DNA of 64,000 nt from Candidatus Uhrbacteria bacterium (GCA_943358395.1 CALRGY010000001.1:8008-72007); one strand, 5' to 3'; shown: positions 20,622 through 30,221, counted from the stretch's first letter. Made by a program: numbers and translations. Notes: generated from the letters alone by a model not told the origin.

Positions 20622-21025
20622 GCAACCAAAGCCCCAAGTGAATCATTCAACAAATCATCCATCGTATCAGGCAAGCCCATTTGCGCCTGACCAAATTCAG
20701 CAACAATTCTCATGGCGAATTGATCAAAAAGAAACTCATACCACTCCCACGCCACGCCAACAGCAAGCACAACACCAAGAACGAAGACGCCTTCAAGAAG
20801 CACAAGGGCTCGTCCAGCTCCATCAACACGCTTACCTTGAATACTCACCCGTTCGCTCACCCAGCCGTACAACGCCATGCCCAGCAACGCAATCACATAC
20901 CCACCCAAAAAGTGCATCATCACGTCAAACCATGAAATTTGATAATAGAGCCCATGAAACACTGCAACTGCGTGCACCAAAAGCACAATACCAATTCCCA
21001 GAAATCCGTAGCGAAATTTCATCAT
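20594..21025 (-). CDS. VanZ-like small membrane protein
   Basis: FDVMMHFLGGY and DTMDDLLNDSLGALVAW resemble the VanZ motifs. Confidence 0.45.
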   Translation of the reverse strand: MMKFRYGFLGIGIVLLVHAVAVFHGLYYQISWFDVMMHFLGGYVIALLGMALYGWVSERVSIQGKRVDGAGRALVLLEGVFVLGVVLAVGVAWEWYEFLFDQFAMRIVAEFGQAQMGLPDTMDDLLNDSLGALVAWLSWRKIA

Positions 21026-21116
21026 ACTGTGCCAATCTTAGCACAATTTTATACACAAGGAAACCACATTTTCTTTTGACAGTGCAAAATTAGCACTCTA
21101 TAATAGAGACTGCTAA

Positions 21117-21243
21117 TGTCGGACTTCCCCATTTTGCCCATTTTCGGCTTGCATCATCGGAAACTTCTTCAACGTACCAAGAAGTACGTCTCAGAAGATT
21201 TCCTCGACGCGCACCGAAACTGGTCGAAAATGAGAAAGTCCTA
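21117..21243. repeat. 125-bp palindromic dispersed element, copy 3 (inverted orientation)
   Basis: Ends gtcggacttccccatttt and aaaatgagaaagtccta; internal gtacgtctca; produces the artefactual N-terminal extension of the clpB ORF. Confidence 0.85.
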
Positions 21244-21262
21244 CCGTCCCCTTTCTTCTCCT

Positions 21263-23893
21263 ATGATCCCCAATAATTTCACCAGCAAATCTCAAGAAGC
21301 CATTCAAAATGCCCAAGCCTTCTCCGAGGAACACGGTCAGCACGGTATTGAACCCATTCATCTTTTAGCGGCGCTTACCCGTCAGGAAGGCGGGTTTGTG
21401 GTAACAATCTTTCAAAAAATGGCAACAAGTTTGCCGGCATTGCTGGGCGACGTTGACCGTATGTGTGATGCACTCCCCAAGCATGGCAACCCCGAACGTG
21501 GCGGCATTGGCCAGATTATCCTTACCCCTGCTCTTGCCGCCGTGCTCCAGGCCTCTGCAAAAGTCTCCAAACACTTCGGTGACGAATACATTTCAACAGA
21601 ACATCTTTTACTCGGACTTCTCGTCGACCGCCCCATTGCTGCCATGCTTGCAGAACACGCAGTAACAGAGGCTGCCATTCTTGCCGCACTCAAAGATCTT
21701 CGGGGCAGCCAACGCGTTGACTCTCAAGACCCAGAAACCAAATATCAAGCCATCGAAAAATACAGCATGAACCTTACGGAACGTGCTCGCCACGGCAAGC
21801 TCGACCCGGTGATCGGTCGCGATGAAGAAATTCGGCGCGTCATGCAAGTACTTTCCCGTCGTACGAAAAATAATCCAGTGCTTATTGGCGAAGCGGGCGT
21901 TGGAAAAACAGCGATTGTTGAAGGCTTGGCTATTCGCATTGTTGCCGGCGATGTACCGGAAACGCTCAAGAACAAAGAAGTTGTTTCGCTCGACTTAGGA
22001 TCGCTTATTGCGGGAACCAAATTCCGTGGCGAATTTGAAGAGCGACTCAAGGCGGTAATGCGTGAAGTTTCTCAGTCCGATGGCAAGTACATTCTTTTCA
22101 TCGACGAGCTTCATATGCTGGTTGGTGCCGGGAAAGGCGATGAATCGCCCATGGATGCAAGCAATTTGCTCAAACCCGCCCTTGCCCGGGGCGAGCTTCG
22201 GGTGATTGGCGCCACCACCACAAAGGAATATCAACGACATATTGAAAAAGACCAAGCGCTCGAACGTCGCTTTCAGCCCATTATGGTTGAAGAGCCTTCG
22301 GTTGACGACGCAATCGCCATCCTTCGCGGCATTAAAGAACGCTACGAAATTCATCACGGCGTACGCATTTCAGACAACGCTATTGTTGCCGCCGTTACCC
22401 TTTCTGCACGGTATATTCCCGACCGCCAGCTCCCCGATAAAGCTATTGATCTCATCGATGAAGCCGCCGCCGGACTTCGATTACAGATCGATTCCATGCC
22501 TGAAGAGCTCGATCGCATGAATCGCGAAGAAATGCGCCTACAGATTGAACGCCAAGCCCTACTCAAAGAAGATGATCGTGCATCGAAAGAACGCCTGAAA
22601 GAAATCGAGAAGCTCATTGCAGACAGCAAGGAGCAATCATCGGAATTGACATTGCGATGGACGAACGAAAAAAACCTTATTGCCGCAATTCGGGAAAGCA
22701 AAAGCGCCATCGATAAACTCATGAACGAAGCAGAATACGAAGAACGTCGTGGCAATCTGGAACGCGTTGCCGAAATTCGGTACAGCGAGCTTCCGCACCA
22801 ACGGGAAGCACTCCAAGCAAAAGAAGGCGAATTAAAGCAATTTCAAACAGAACGTGGCTTGCTCAAAGAAGTGATCGCCGAAGAAGATATTGCAAGCGTC
22901 GTGGGCAGATGGACGCATATTCCCGTCTCCAAAATGCTGGAAAGCGACATGGTAAAGCTCGCCCGTATGGAGGAAGAGTTGCAACAGCGTGTAGTGGGGC
23001 AACAAGAAGCCATCACCGCCGTCAGCAATGCGTTGCGCCGTTCACGAGCCGGATTGTCAGAGGAAAAACGTCCGATTGGTTCCTTCATGTTCCTAGGGCC
23101 AACGGGTGTGGGGAAAACCGAACTTGCCCGTGCGCTGGCAACGTTTATGTTTAACGACGAAAAGGCACTGATTCGCTTAGACATGAGCGAATACATGGAA
23201 AAGCACAGCGTAAGCAAAATGATCGGTTCCCCGCCGGGGTATGTGGGATACGAAGAAGGCGGGCAGCTCTCCGAAAAAATTCGAAAGCATCCGTACTCGG
23301 TCATACTCCTCGATGAGATCGAAAAGGCGCACCCAGACGTGTTTAACATGCTGCTGCAAATTTTAGACGACGGCAGGCTTACCGATTCCAAAGGTCGCAC
23401 CGTCAACTTCAAAAATACCATCGTTATCATGACGAGCAACATCGGTAGTGACATCATTCTGAACAGCGGGCGCCGTATTGGATTCATTGAAAGTGAAGGG
23501 GTCAAAACAGATGCCACCCGTGAAAAGGTGCTCGAAATGCTTCGCGATCACTTCCGCCCAGAATTCTTGAACCGCATCGATGAAACCATTGTGTTCCACG
23601 CACTCGATGCAGAGCATATTGCCGCAATCGTGCATCTTCAGCTTGCCCTTGTCACCAATCGTCTGAAAGAAGCGCGCAATATCGCTGTAACCTTTACGGC
23701 ACGGGCAAAGAAGTACATCGCCGAACATGGATACGACCCTCTGTACGGCGCTCGCCCGTTAAAGCGAATTATTCAATCAAAAGTCCTCGACCCCTTGGCA
23801 CTCGAAATCGTCAAAGGTACAATTGGCATAGATTCGGCTGTAACGGTTGATGTCAAAAAAGACGCCGTATTCTTCACCACCACAACCCCATGA
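21263..23893 (+). CDS. clpB: ATP-dependent chaperone ClpB
   Basis: N-domain, two AAA+ modules ([16 protein letters not shown]), a long middle coiled-coil and a C-terminal D2 small domain; start chosen at [14 protein letters not shown]. Confidence 0.92.
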   Translation: MIPNNFTSKSQEAIQNAQAFSEEHGQHGIEPIHLLAALTRQEGGFVVTIFQKMATSLPALLGDVDRMCDALPKHGNPERGGIGQIILTPALAAVLQASAKVSKHFGDEYISTEHLLLGLLVDRPIAAMLAEHAVTEAAILAALKDLRGSQRVDSQDPETKYQAIEKYSMNLTERARHGKLDPVIGRDEEIRRVMQVLSRRTKNNPVLIGEAGVGKTAIVEGLAIRIVAGDVPETLKNKEVVSLDLGSLIAGTKFRGEFEERLKAVMREVSQSDGKYILFIDELHMLVGAGKGDESPMDASNLLKPALARGELRVIGATTTKEYQRHIEKDQALERRFQPIMVEEPSVDDAIAILRGIKERYEIHHGVRISDNAIVAAVTLSARYIPDRQLPDKAIDLIDEAAAGLRLQIDSMPEELDRMNREEMRLQIERQALLKEDDRASKERLKEIEKLIADSKEQSSELTLRWTNEKNLIAAIRESKSAIDKLMNEAEYEERRGNLERVAEIRYSELPHQREALQAKEGELKQFQTERGLLKEVIAEEDIASVVGRWTHIPVSKMLESDMVKLARMEEELQQRVVGQQEAITAVSNALRRSRAGLSEEKRPIGSFMFLGPTGVGKTELARALATFMFNDEKALIRLDMSEYMEKHSVSKMIGSPPGYVGYEEGGQLSEKIRKHPYSVILLDEIEKAHPDVFNMLLQILDDGRLTDSKGRTVNFKNTIVIMTSNIGSDIILNSGRRIGFIESEGVKTDATREKVLEMLRDHFRPEFLNRIDETIVFHALDAEHIAAIVHLQLALVTNRLKEARNIAVTFTARAKKYIAEHGYDPLYGARPLKRIIQSKVLDPLALEIVKGTIGIDSAVTVDVKKDAVFFTTTTP

Positions 23894-24576
23894 CCACTTC
23901 GGCAAAACACATCTTCCTCCTTGATAGCATCGCGATCCTGATCTTTGGTGGGTATTTCGCTTTTCTCTCTGTGAGTCTTGCAACGATGCATCTTCATCCC
24001 GTCACCACGCTCATCGCTGCCCTTCTAGGCTACGTTCTCGCCGACCTTATCTCTGGACTTGTCCACTTTCTTGGCGACACCTTTGGCAGCAAGAATACCC
24101 CCATTGTTGGCGCAGCGTTTATTGAACCGTTTCGCTATCATCACATTGATCCCGAAGACATCACCAAACACGGATTCGTTGAAACCAATGGGCATAATTG
24201 TCTGGTCTCGATTCCGATCCTGATGATCATGACGCATATTCTTCTGAAATACGTTGCCACATCTGCACTTGCTGGGTTTGCCCTTGCCACATCATATTTC
24301 CTTGTGCTCGGCGTATTCCTCACCAACCAATTCCACAAATGGGCACACACCCCAACGCCACCACGATTCATTCAGTTCCTTCAGCACCATCGCATTATTC
24401 TCTCCCCCAACCATCACCGCATCCACCACACCTCCCCCTTCACCCGCTATTTCTGCATCACCACCGGCTGGCTGAACAGCCTCCTCGACTCCCTCAACTT
24501 CTTCCCCCTCACCAAATCCCTCCTCCGCAAAATCCCCTTCATGTTGAAACCCGCGGAGGAGTACGAGGCACGGTAA
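23890..24576 (+). CDS. CarF/TMEM189/FAD4-like membrane lipid desaturase family protein
   Basis: Four TM segments and His-boxes [20 protein letters not shown] and HHRIHH; the start overlaps the clpB stop (ATGA). Confidence 0.45.
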   Translation: MTTSAKHIFLLDSIAILIFGGYFAFLSVSLATMHLHPVTTLIAALLGYVLADLISGLVHFLGDTFGSKNTPIVGAAFIEPFRYHHIDPEDITKHGFVETNGHNCLVSIPILMIMTHILLKYVATSALAGFALATSYFLVLGVFLTNQFHKWAHTPTPPRFIQFLQHHRIILSPNHHRIHHTSPFTRYFCITTGWLNSLLDSLNFFPLTKSLLRKIPFMLKPAEEYEAR

Positions 24577-24588
24577 CTTCAAAAATCT

Positions 24589-25296
24589 ATGTCTCTTGCA
24601 GAAGAAGCGATCCTCTTCGCAAAGCACAACAAAAAAGAAATCTCCCGCCGGCTGACGAGTCTGGAAGAATACCCACCCAGCGATTCACCCGTCACCATAT
24701 TCATGGCCGGTTCGCCAGGGGCAGGAAAAACAGAGTATTCAAAAAGTTTACTCGCCTACCTCATAAAAAACACAAGTGATCGACCTATTCGTATTGATAG
24801 CGACGAGCTTCGCGGGGAAATTCCCGGATACACAGGGGAAAATTCATCGGAAATGCAGGGGGCTGTCTCCATTCTCCTGAGCGAAATGTACGACCGTGCA
24901 TTAAAGAACCGACAAACCGCTATTATCGACGGGACGTTATCACATTACGGAAAGGCTAAAGAGAACATCGAACGGTCTCTCAAGCGCAATCGGCAAGTGC
25001 TTATTTTCTACATCTACCAGCATCCAGAAGTCGCATGGCAGTTTACCGTTGCACGAGAGCACATTGAGGGACGAAACATTCCAAAACGTGCGTTTATTGA
25101 AAAATTTCTCGGCTCAAAAGCAACCGTCAATCAGATTTATCGGGAATTCAGCGACCGCATAACGCTCTTCTTGGCAAGAAAAAACTTCCAAACGCACGCC
25201 ATTGAAACAGTAGAAATCGTGAGTCCTCAACATTCGGGATTGGACGCATATCTCCCGGAAACATATACTGAAGAGGAATTAGCAAAATTACTATGA
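24589..25296 (+). CDS. zeta-toxin-like P-loop kinase (Zeta_toxin/AAA_33 family)
   Basis: Walker A GSPGAGKTE with following DxD-type motifs; length and architecture resemble zeta/PezT UNAG-kinase toxins. Confidence 0.4.
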   Translation: MSLAEEAILFAKHNKKEISRRLTSLEEYPPSDSPVTIFMAGSPGAGKTEYSKSLLAYLIKNTSDRPIRIDSDELRGEIPGYTGENSSEMQGAVSILLSEMYDRALKNRQTAIIDGTLSHYGKAKENIERSLKRNRQVLIFYIYQHPEVAWQFTVAREHIEGRNIPKRAFIEKFLGSKATVNQIYREFSDRITLFLARKNFQTHAIETVEIVSPQHSGLDAYLPETYTEEELAKLL

Positions 25297-25466
25297 AAAT
25301 CCTATACTTTTTGAAAAAGTCTCTCAAAAAGAATCGTGGAGCTGCCGATTTCTTTCTTCACACTTCAAAGAAAAAGAAGATCAAAATTTTGAATGAAATC
25401 GGTCAAGAAGCAAACACAGCTCAATGGGAGTTGGTCAAACAAAGCGAAGCTCTCAAGTCAGCATAA
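25293..25466 (+). CDS. small basic ORF (57 aa) coupled to the zeta-like gene
   Basis: Its ATG overlaps the zeta-like stop (ATGA); protein MKILYFLKKSLKKNRGAADFFLH...; followed by a terminator; not in the ORF track because it is under 60 aa. Confidence 0.25.
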   Translation: MKILYFLKKSLKKNRGAADFFLHTSKKKKIKILNEIGQEANTAQWELVKQSEALKSA

Positions 25467-25474
25467 TCTCAAAA

Positions 25475-25499
25475 ATCCCCAGGAAAACCTGGGGATTTT
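25475..25499 (+). terminator. rho-independent terminator
   Basis: atccccagg-aaaa-cctggggat hairpin followed by TTTT. Confidence 0.7.
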
Positions 25500-25557
25500 G
25501 TTATAGTCCAGAATTTTCTCTCAAAACCCATTTCTCCCACTTTTCCCCATACCCCAA

Positions 25558-25623
25558 TCGACAAAACCCCATTTTTATGCTAATATTAGCGGTTCCTCTA
25601 CCTGTACGGACACATTGTCCGTA
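25558..25623 (+). promoter_or_regulatory. sigma70-like promoter (TCGACA-N17-TGcTAATAT) plus downstream 8-bp-stem palindrome, copy A
   Basis: TCGACA 25558-63, extended -10 TGcTAATAT 25578-86, hairpin tacggaca-cat-tgtccgta 25605-23; duplicated at 27226-27287. Confidence 0.6.
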
Positions 25624-25657
25624 GGCAAGAACATCACAAAAAACACTGGAGGAGCGG

Positions 25658-27098
25658 ATGCCGCTCACCCTTTTCTGGCTCATTGCCAGTTTCTTCCTTG
25701 GGTGTTCGCAAGAACCCCAAACCATCGTGTACGTCATCGCGGGTGCCCCCCCCTTCTGCGGTTATTTCGCAGGAGGAAGGAGCATTTGCCGAGGACGCAC
25801 CGGTGGAAACTCTCACCGACGCCCCCGCTGCCTATGATGGCGGCAACGGAGACGCATGCGATCTCGACGGGATCGATCCCTATGATCCCGAAAAAGTCAT
25901 CGCTTACGAGATCGTGAATCTCACCGACGAGCAGATCGCAGAGCTCGAGAGCATTGGATACTCATGGTGGGATACCTATTCGCAAATCCCAGAAGCTACT
26001 GTCAATGTCGACATCAACATAACAGTGAGTGAATGCGAAACAGTTTCCTTCACCGATGTAAACCTCGAGATCGGGCGGGAAATGGGTTATGTCGCCCCCT
26101 CTGCCAGCGGAGAAACAAGCTGGCGAGTGGACTATAACGACAGTAATTCCGCTCAAAAAATCGGTGGGTACGACAACGCGAGATGGTGGGCAGAAATCTA
26201 CAGCGGTCCGGTAGCGGAACCGTTTCTGTACCAATACGCCATCAAGTACTTACCGGAAACGCGTGGTCGACGATCTGCGTGGATGACGCTCTCAACGAAT
26301 TATTGGCCTGCGAATTTCGCGGCTGCCTATAACGCGTTTGAACCGTACAGTGAAGACATGATGGATCGGGATTACGGGAAAAACGGGTGGATCTCCATGT
26401 ACGAAGGCGACCCCGCGTACATGACCTGCCAAGTCGGAACCTGCGACGACACGCGCCTCAATGCGTGTTTGACCAAAGTTTACGACATCGAAGCCCTGGA
26501 TGCATCCGATTCACTCGTCGCAGAAACCGGTGACTGCTTCGACTGGTCCAACATCGCAGCAACATACGCTTGGGAGGTCTACTTCAGCCACTGGGACGGA
26601 TTCATGAGTCCGCACAATGGCTACGTAGAAGAATTGGGAGATTCGGCTTCGCCGGACACATCTCGATTCAGCCTCCGAATCGCAGGCGTGGATCTGGTAA
26701 ACCCCAACTGGGTAAGTGTTGAGGAGGTCACGTTTTACTCGTGGTCGACTCTCTACCCACCCTGCTGGAAGGATCAGTCTGAAGGTGGTTGCAGAGCGAT
26801 GCTCGTCGCCGATCTGCAGATCCTAATCGAAGCAGGACGAAGCGGAAAGATGGCGAGTGACCTCGACAAGGTTGCTGCATCCCGCCAAGCCCTCGGGCTC
26901 TGGTGGGAAGGGGTCGACGAGGGCTGGTACAACGACGAACGGGACTGGCTCACCGCCAGACCCGATTACGTCGAAATGGCCCTCACCGATGCTCTCGACC
27001 CCTGCAACGACTGGACTGCCGCAGGGTACAACCCCTGGGACACCGGTCTTGCAGGAGAATGTGGGGACACCGGGTTCATCGATACCGGAAAACCGTAA
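25658..27098 (+). CDS. secreted, possibly lipid-anchored W/Y/D-rich protein, frameshifted at a C8 tract (phase-OFF or sequencing error)
   Basis: ATG 25658 encodes the signal peptide MPLTLFWLIASFFLGC in frame 2. The long ORF continues in frame 0 (25683..27098). Deleting one C from the C8 run at 25746-25753 joins them: ...AGAPPSAVISQEEGAFAED... Confidence 0.55.
25746..25753 (+). repeat. C8 homopolymer tract inside the coding region
   Basis: Eight consecutive C at the signal-peptide/mature-protein junction; the same C8 tract is found at 27329-27336 upstream of the paralogue. Confidence 0.9.
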
Positions 27099-27131
27099 AA
27101 GGCTCAAAAAAAGCGAGGTAGAACAACGAAG

Positions 27132-27170
27132 CCCCCGAGCTGCTATTACGCTGCAGCCCGGGGGTTTTCT
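27132..27170 (+). terminator. rho-independent terminator after lipoprotein gene 1
   Basis: cccccgagctgc...gcagcccggggg stem followed by TTTTCT. Confidence 0.65.
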
Positions 27171-27225
27171 ATTTCAACAACCCTTTCTCCAAACTCCCCC
27201 ATTTCTCTTTTCCACACCCCCCTCG

Positions 27226-27287
27226 TCGACAAAACCCCATTTTTATGCTAATATTAACGGTTCCTCTGCCTGTACGGATGTTCCGTA
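27226..27287 (+). promoter_or_regulatory. sigma70-like promoter plus hairpin, copy B
   Basis: TCGACA 27226-31, TGcTAATAT 27247-54, hairpin tacgga-tgt-tccgta 27273-87; near-identical to 25558-25623. Confidence 0.6.
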
Positions 27288-27328
27288 AACAGACATGAAG
27301 AACCCAACAATTCGTGTCCTCGCGTATG

Positions 27329-27336
27329 CCCCCCCC
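27329..27336 (+). repeat. C8 homopolymer tract in leader/uORF of lipoprotein gene 2
   Basis: Eight C inside a 19-codon uORF (MKNPTIRVLAYAPPFCISA, 27295-27354) that ends 33 nt before the main ATG. Confidence 0.85.
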
Positions 27337-27387
27337 TTCTGCATTTCAGCATGAGGACGGAGCATTTGCCGAGGACGTGGAGAAGTC

Positions 27388-28092
27388 ATGAAGATTTTGA
27401 TTTTTTTGTTTACGCTTCTGGTCGGTGCCTCCTGCACCAACAAGGGTGCCGTCGACCGCACCCCCGACACCGAAACCTTCGACACGGGGGTGGCAGCGTC
27501 TGCCACCCCCGACGACGATGGCGACGGCTACACCGACGACGAGGACTGTGACGACACCGACCCCGCCGTCAACCCGGGAGCCACCGAGATCTGCGACAAT
27601 GTCGACAACGATTGTAACAGCCTCATCGACGATGCCGATCCCGACCTCGATCTCAGTACCGGCACCACCTGGTACGCGGACACCGACCGTGATGGGTACG
27701 GCCAGGGCACCGACCGCCCCACAAGCACCACCACCGCCTGCGACCAACCCGGCGGCTATGTCGCCGACAACACCGACTGCTACGACAACGACCCAGGAAA
27801 TTTTCCCGGGGCTACGGAAGCTTGTGACGGCATCGACAATGACTGCGATGGGGTGGTGGACGAGGGTTTCACGTATTACTACGCCACCCTCGACGAGGAT
27901 GGCGATGGCTGGGGCGGCAACGCCGACGCCGCTTCCGGTTGCCCGGGAACAAAGCCCCCGGACTACTCGGAGAACGTCGGCGACTGCGACGACACCGACC
28001 CCACCGTCAACCCAGAGGCCACCGAGATCTGTAACAACATTGACGATGACTGCGACACCCTCATCGACGAGGAGGAGATCTGCGTGCCATAG
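27388..28092 (+). CDS. secreted, possibly lipid-anchored protein with three MopE-type putative metal-binding repeats
   Basis: Signal peptide MKILIFLFTLLVGASC; three repeats of DxDGDG(Y/W)...C(D/Y)D(T/N)DP.VNP.ATE(I/A)C(D/N).(V/I)D(N/D)DC(N/D).(L/V)(I/V)D(D/E), the Pfam Cu-binding_MopE-like motif. Confidence 0.7.
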   Translation: MKILIFLFTLLVGASCTNKGAVDRTPDTETFDTGVAASATPDDDGDGYTDDEDCDDTDPAVNPGATEICDNVDNDCNSLIDDADPDLDLSTGTTWYADTDRDGYGQGTDRPTSTTTACDQPGGYVADNTDCYDNDPGNFPGATEACDGIDNDCDGVVDEGFTYYYATLDEDGDGWGGNADAASGCPGTKPPDYSENVGDCDDTDPTVNPEATEICNNIDDDCDTLIDEEEICVP

Positions 28093-28117
28093 GAGGCGGT
28101 GCGCAGCAAAAACGAAA

Positions 28118-28160
28118 CCCCCGAGCTGCAATACGGCAAGCTCGGGGGTCTTCAGTTTTA
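28118..28160. terminator. hairpin terminator, possibly bidirectional (lipoprotein 2 / ppa)
   Basis: 9-bp stem cccccgagc...gctcggggg placed between convergent genes. Confidence 0.55.
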
Positions 28161-28166
28161 CGGACA

Positions 28167-28754
28167 TTAGTCTTTGATCTTGGGCAGAATCTCTTTTTGG
28201 TATCTCTCAATACACTCTTCGATCACATTCACTGCTTCGTCCGCGTCGTAGAAGCCGAGGACTTTGCAGGTGCCTGGCTTTTTCAGGTGTTTGTAGAATT
28301 CGAAGTAGTGTGCGGTTTCTTTTGCCCAGTGCTCGCCGAGGTCTGTATATGACGTGATGTGATCAGCGCGCTTGTCGTCGGAAAGCACGCAAATTACTTT
28401 GTCGTCGGTTTCTCCCCCGTCTTCAAATTTCATGATGCCGATGACGCGGACTTCCACGAGCGATCCTGGAATAAGTGGCTCGACAACATTCGCGACGAGA
28501 ATATCCAGCATGTCGTTATCCTGATCCCACGTTTGAGGGATTAAGCCGTACACCGTTGGATACGCTAACGAAGAATACCCCACGCGGTCGAGCTTCAAGT
28601 GACCCGTTTCCGTAATAAACTCGTATTTATTAATACTGCCAGCATTGATTTCCACCAATCCGTTCAACACACGCTTTTCCTTATCTGCCCATGGAGAGAG
28701 CAAGTGCAGCAAGTTCGGCATGAATTTGTGAATCGGCACATCAAGATTTGCCAT
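28167..28754 (-). CDS. ppa: inorganic pyrophosphatase (family I)
   Basis: YPTVYGLIPQTWDQDNDMLDILV and DDKVI blocks typical of soluble PPase. Confidence 0.85.
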   Translation of the reverse strand: MANLDVPIHKFMPNLLHLLSPWADKEKRVLNGLVEINAGSINKYEFITETGHLKLDRVGYSSLAYPTVYGLIPQTWDQDNDMLDILVANVVEPLIPGSLVEVRVIGIMKFEDGGETDDKVICVLSDDKRADHITSYTDLGEHWAKETAHYFEFYKHLKKPGTCKVLGFYDADEAVNVIEECIERYQKEILPKIKD

Positions 28755-28850
28755 AGTTTTCGAAAAAAGAATGAAGAATTCCTACCAGGAATGATGCGTC
28801 CCCAACTCTTTCGTGTCAACGAGGCAGTTTTTCGATATACTGGGAGGCAT

Positions 28851-30221
28851 ATGAAGCATCGCTATTCTTTGTTCATTCTTCCTGCTGTTCTTGCGGCATT
28901 CCTTCTTCCATCCTCATCCCTCGCCTTCGACCCCAACTACATCCTTTCCGACGAAGACCTGACCGATGCGCAATCGATGGATCTGAATCAGATCCAAGCT
29001 TTTCTGGAACGCGGAACATTGGCGACGTACCAAGCCCCAGACTGGGAAGGGAGAACACGCTATGCTGCAGAAATTATTTGGCGCACAGCGCAAGCACACA
29101 ACATCAATCCTCGATTCCTTTTAGTGCTCCTGCAAAAAGAACAAAGCCTTATTGAAGATGCAGACCCAACCCAGAAACAATATGACTGGGCGACGGGATA
29201 CGGTGTGTGTGACAGCTGCTCGATGAACGATGGAGCATTGGCGCGCTGGCAAGGATTTGGAAAACAAGTGAATTCTGCAGCGATGCAATTTACGGAAGGC
29301 TACATGGTGGACATCGAAAAAAACGGTGTGACCGCAGGGAAATACGGCCCAAACATTCCAGTGACCATCGACAAAACCACCGTTACTCCAGAAAACGCTG
29401 CCACTGCCGCAATGTACGCCTACACGCCGCACATTCACGGCAATAAAAACTTTGTCGCGATTTGGGACAAATGGTTTGGCAAAGAATATCCAAACGGAAC
29501 CCTTCTCCAAGCTGCGGGTGATGAAGGCGTTTGGCGCATTGAACAGGGGTATCGCCGCCCTATTACCAGCAAAGCTGCACTCACATCCCGCTATAACAGC
29601 GCATTCATCATTACCGTTTCAAAAACCACTCTTGAGCAATACCCCACCGGCACACCAATCTCGTTACCGAATTATTCCCTTGTGGAAGACGAAAACGGGA
29701 ATCGATATCTTTTAGTGGACGACGGCATGCGCCACATTGCAAGCCTGGAAGCATTTCGCAACATCGGCTTTTCTGAAGATGAACTCGTGGAAATTACCGC
29801 AGCCGAAGTTGCGGAATATGCCGTCGGAACCCCCATTACCATTGCAACACAAGACCCAACGGGAAAAGTCGTCAAACTCTCTACGAATGGCGCAATGTTT
29901 TACCTGAAAGACGGCATTCGCCAAGCTATTCTTGACGAAGCGGTGCTCACAGCGAACTTTCCAAATGCCACCGTGGAGAAAGCTCTGCCCGTGGAAATCG
30001 AACAATATCGCGAAGGTGCATTCCTCAAGCTTCCCGATGGAACCCTCGTTCGATCCATCGAAAACCCAACCGTGTACGTTGTTGCCGACGGGGAACGCCA
30101 CGCCATTCCCAGCGAATCGATATTTCTTGATTACGGCTACGAATGGCCAAACATCATCTTCGTTCAAGACGACGTGCTGAACCTCCATAAAGTCGGCACC
30201 GACCTTGGAACATCGGCATAG
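28851..30221 (+). CDS. secreted hypothetical protein
   Basis: Signal peptide MKHRYSLFILPAVLAAFLLPSSSLA; no recognisable domain; start taken at ATG 28851 with GGGAGG upstream, inside ORF 28599..30221. Confidence 0.5.
   Translation: MKHRYSLFILPAVLAAFLLPSSSLAFDPNYILSDEDLTDAQSMDLNQIQAFLERGTLATYQAPDWEGRTRYAAEIIWRTAQAHNINPRFLLVLLQKEQSLIEDADPTQKQYDWATGYGVCDSCSMNDGALARWQGFGKQVNSAAMQFTEGYMVDIEKNGVTAGKYGPNIPVTIDKTTVTPENAATAAMYAYTPHIHGNKNFVAIWDKWFGKEYPNGTLLQAAGDEGVWRIEQGYRRPITSKAALTSRYNSAFIITVSKTTLEQYPTGTPISLPNYSLVEDENGNRYLLVDDGMRHIASLEAFRNIGFSEDELVEITAAEVAEYAVGTPITIATQDPTGKVVKLSTNGAMFYLKDGIRQAILDEAVLTANFPNATVEKALPVEIEQYREGAFLKLPDGTLVRSIENPTVYVVADGERHAIPSESIFLDYGYEWPNIIFVQDDVLNLHKVGTDLGTSA

Noticed and set aside
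24198-24779. His/Pro-rich 193-aa ORF overlapping the CarF-like gene in another frame
   Set aside because: Alternative frame of the His-box region; the membrane desaturase-like frame is supported by the TM and His-motif pattern.
25683-25745. TTG-initiated start of the 471-aa ORF as given in the ORF track
   Set aside because: No signal peptide or ribosome-binding site is present there. The upstream ATG at 25658 in the adjacent frame encodes a textbook signal peptide and joins this frame if one C of the C8 tract is removed, so the track's start is an artefact of the frameshift.
27346-28177. Two long overlapping ORFs (273 aa on the - strand, 250 aa on the + strand) covering the MopE-motif gene
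   Set aside because: They are alternative-frame artefacts of a GC-rich repetitive coding region (GAC/GAT-rich). The frame with the signal peptide and MopE repeats is the real one.
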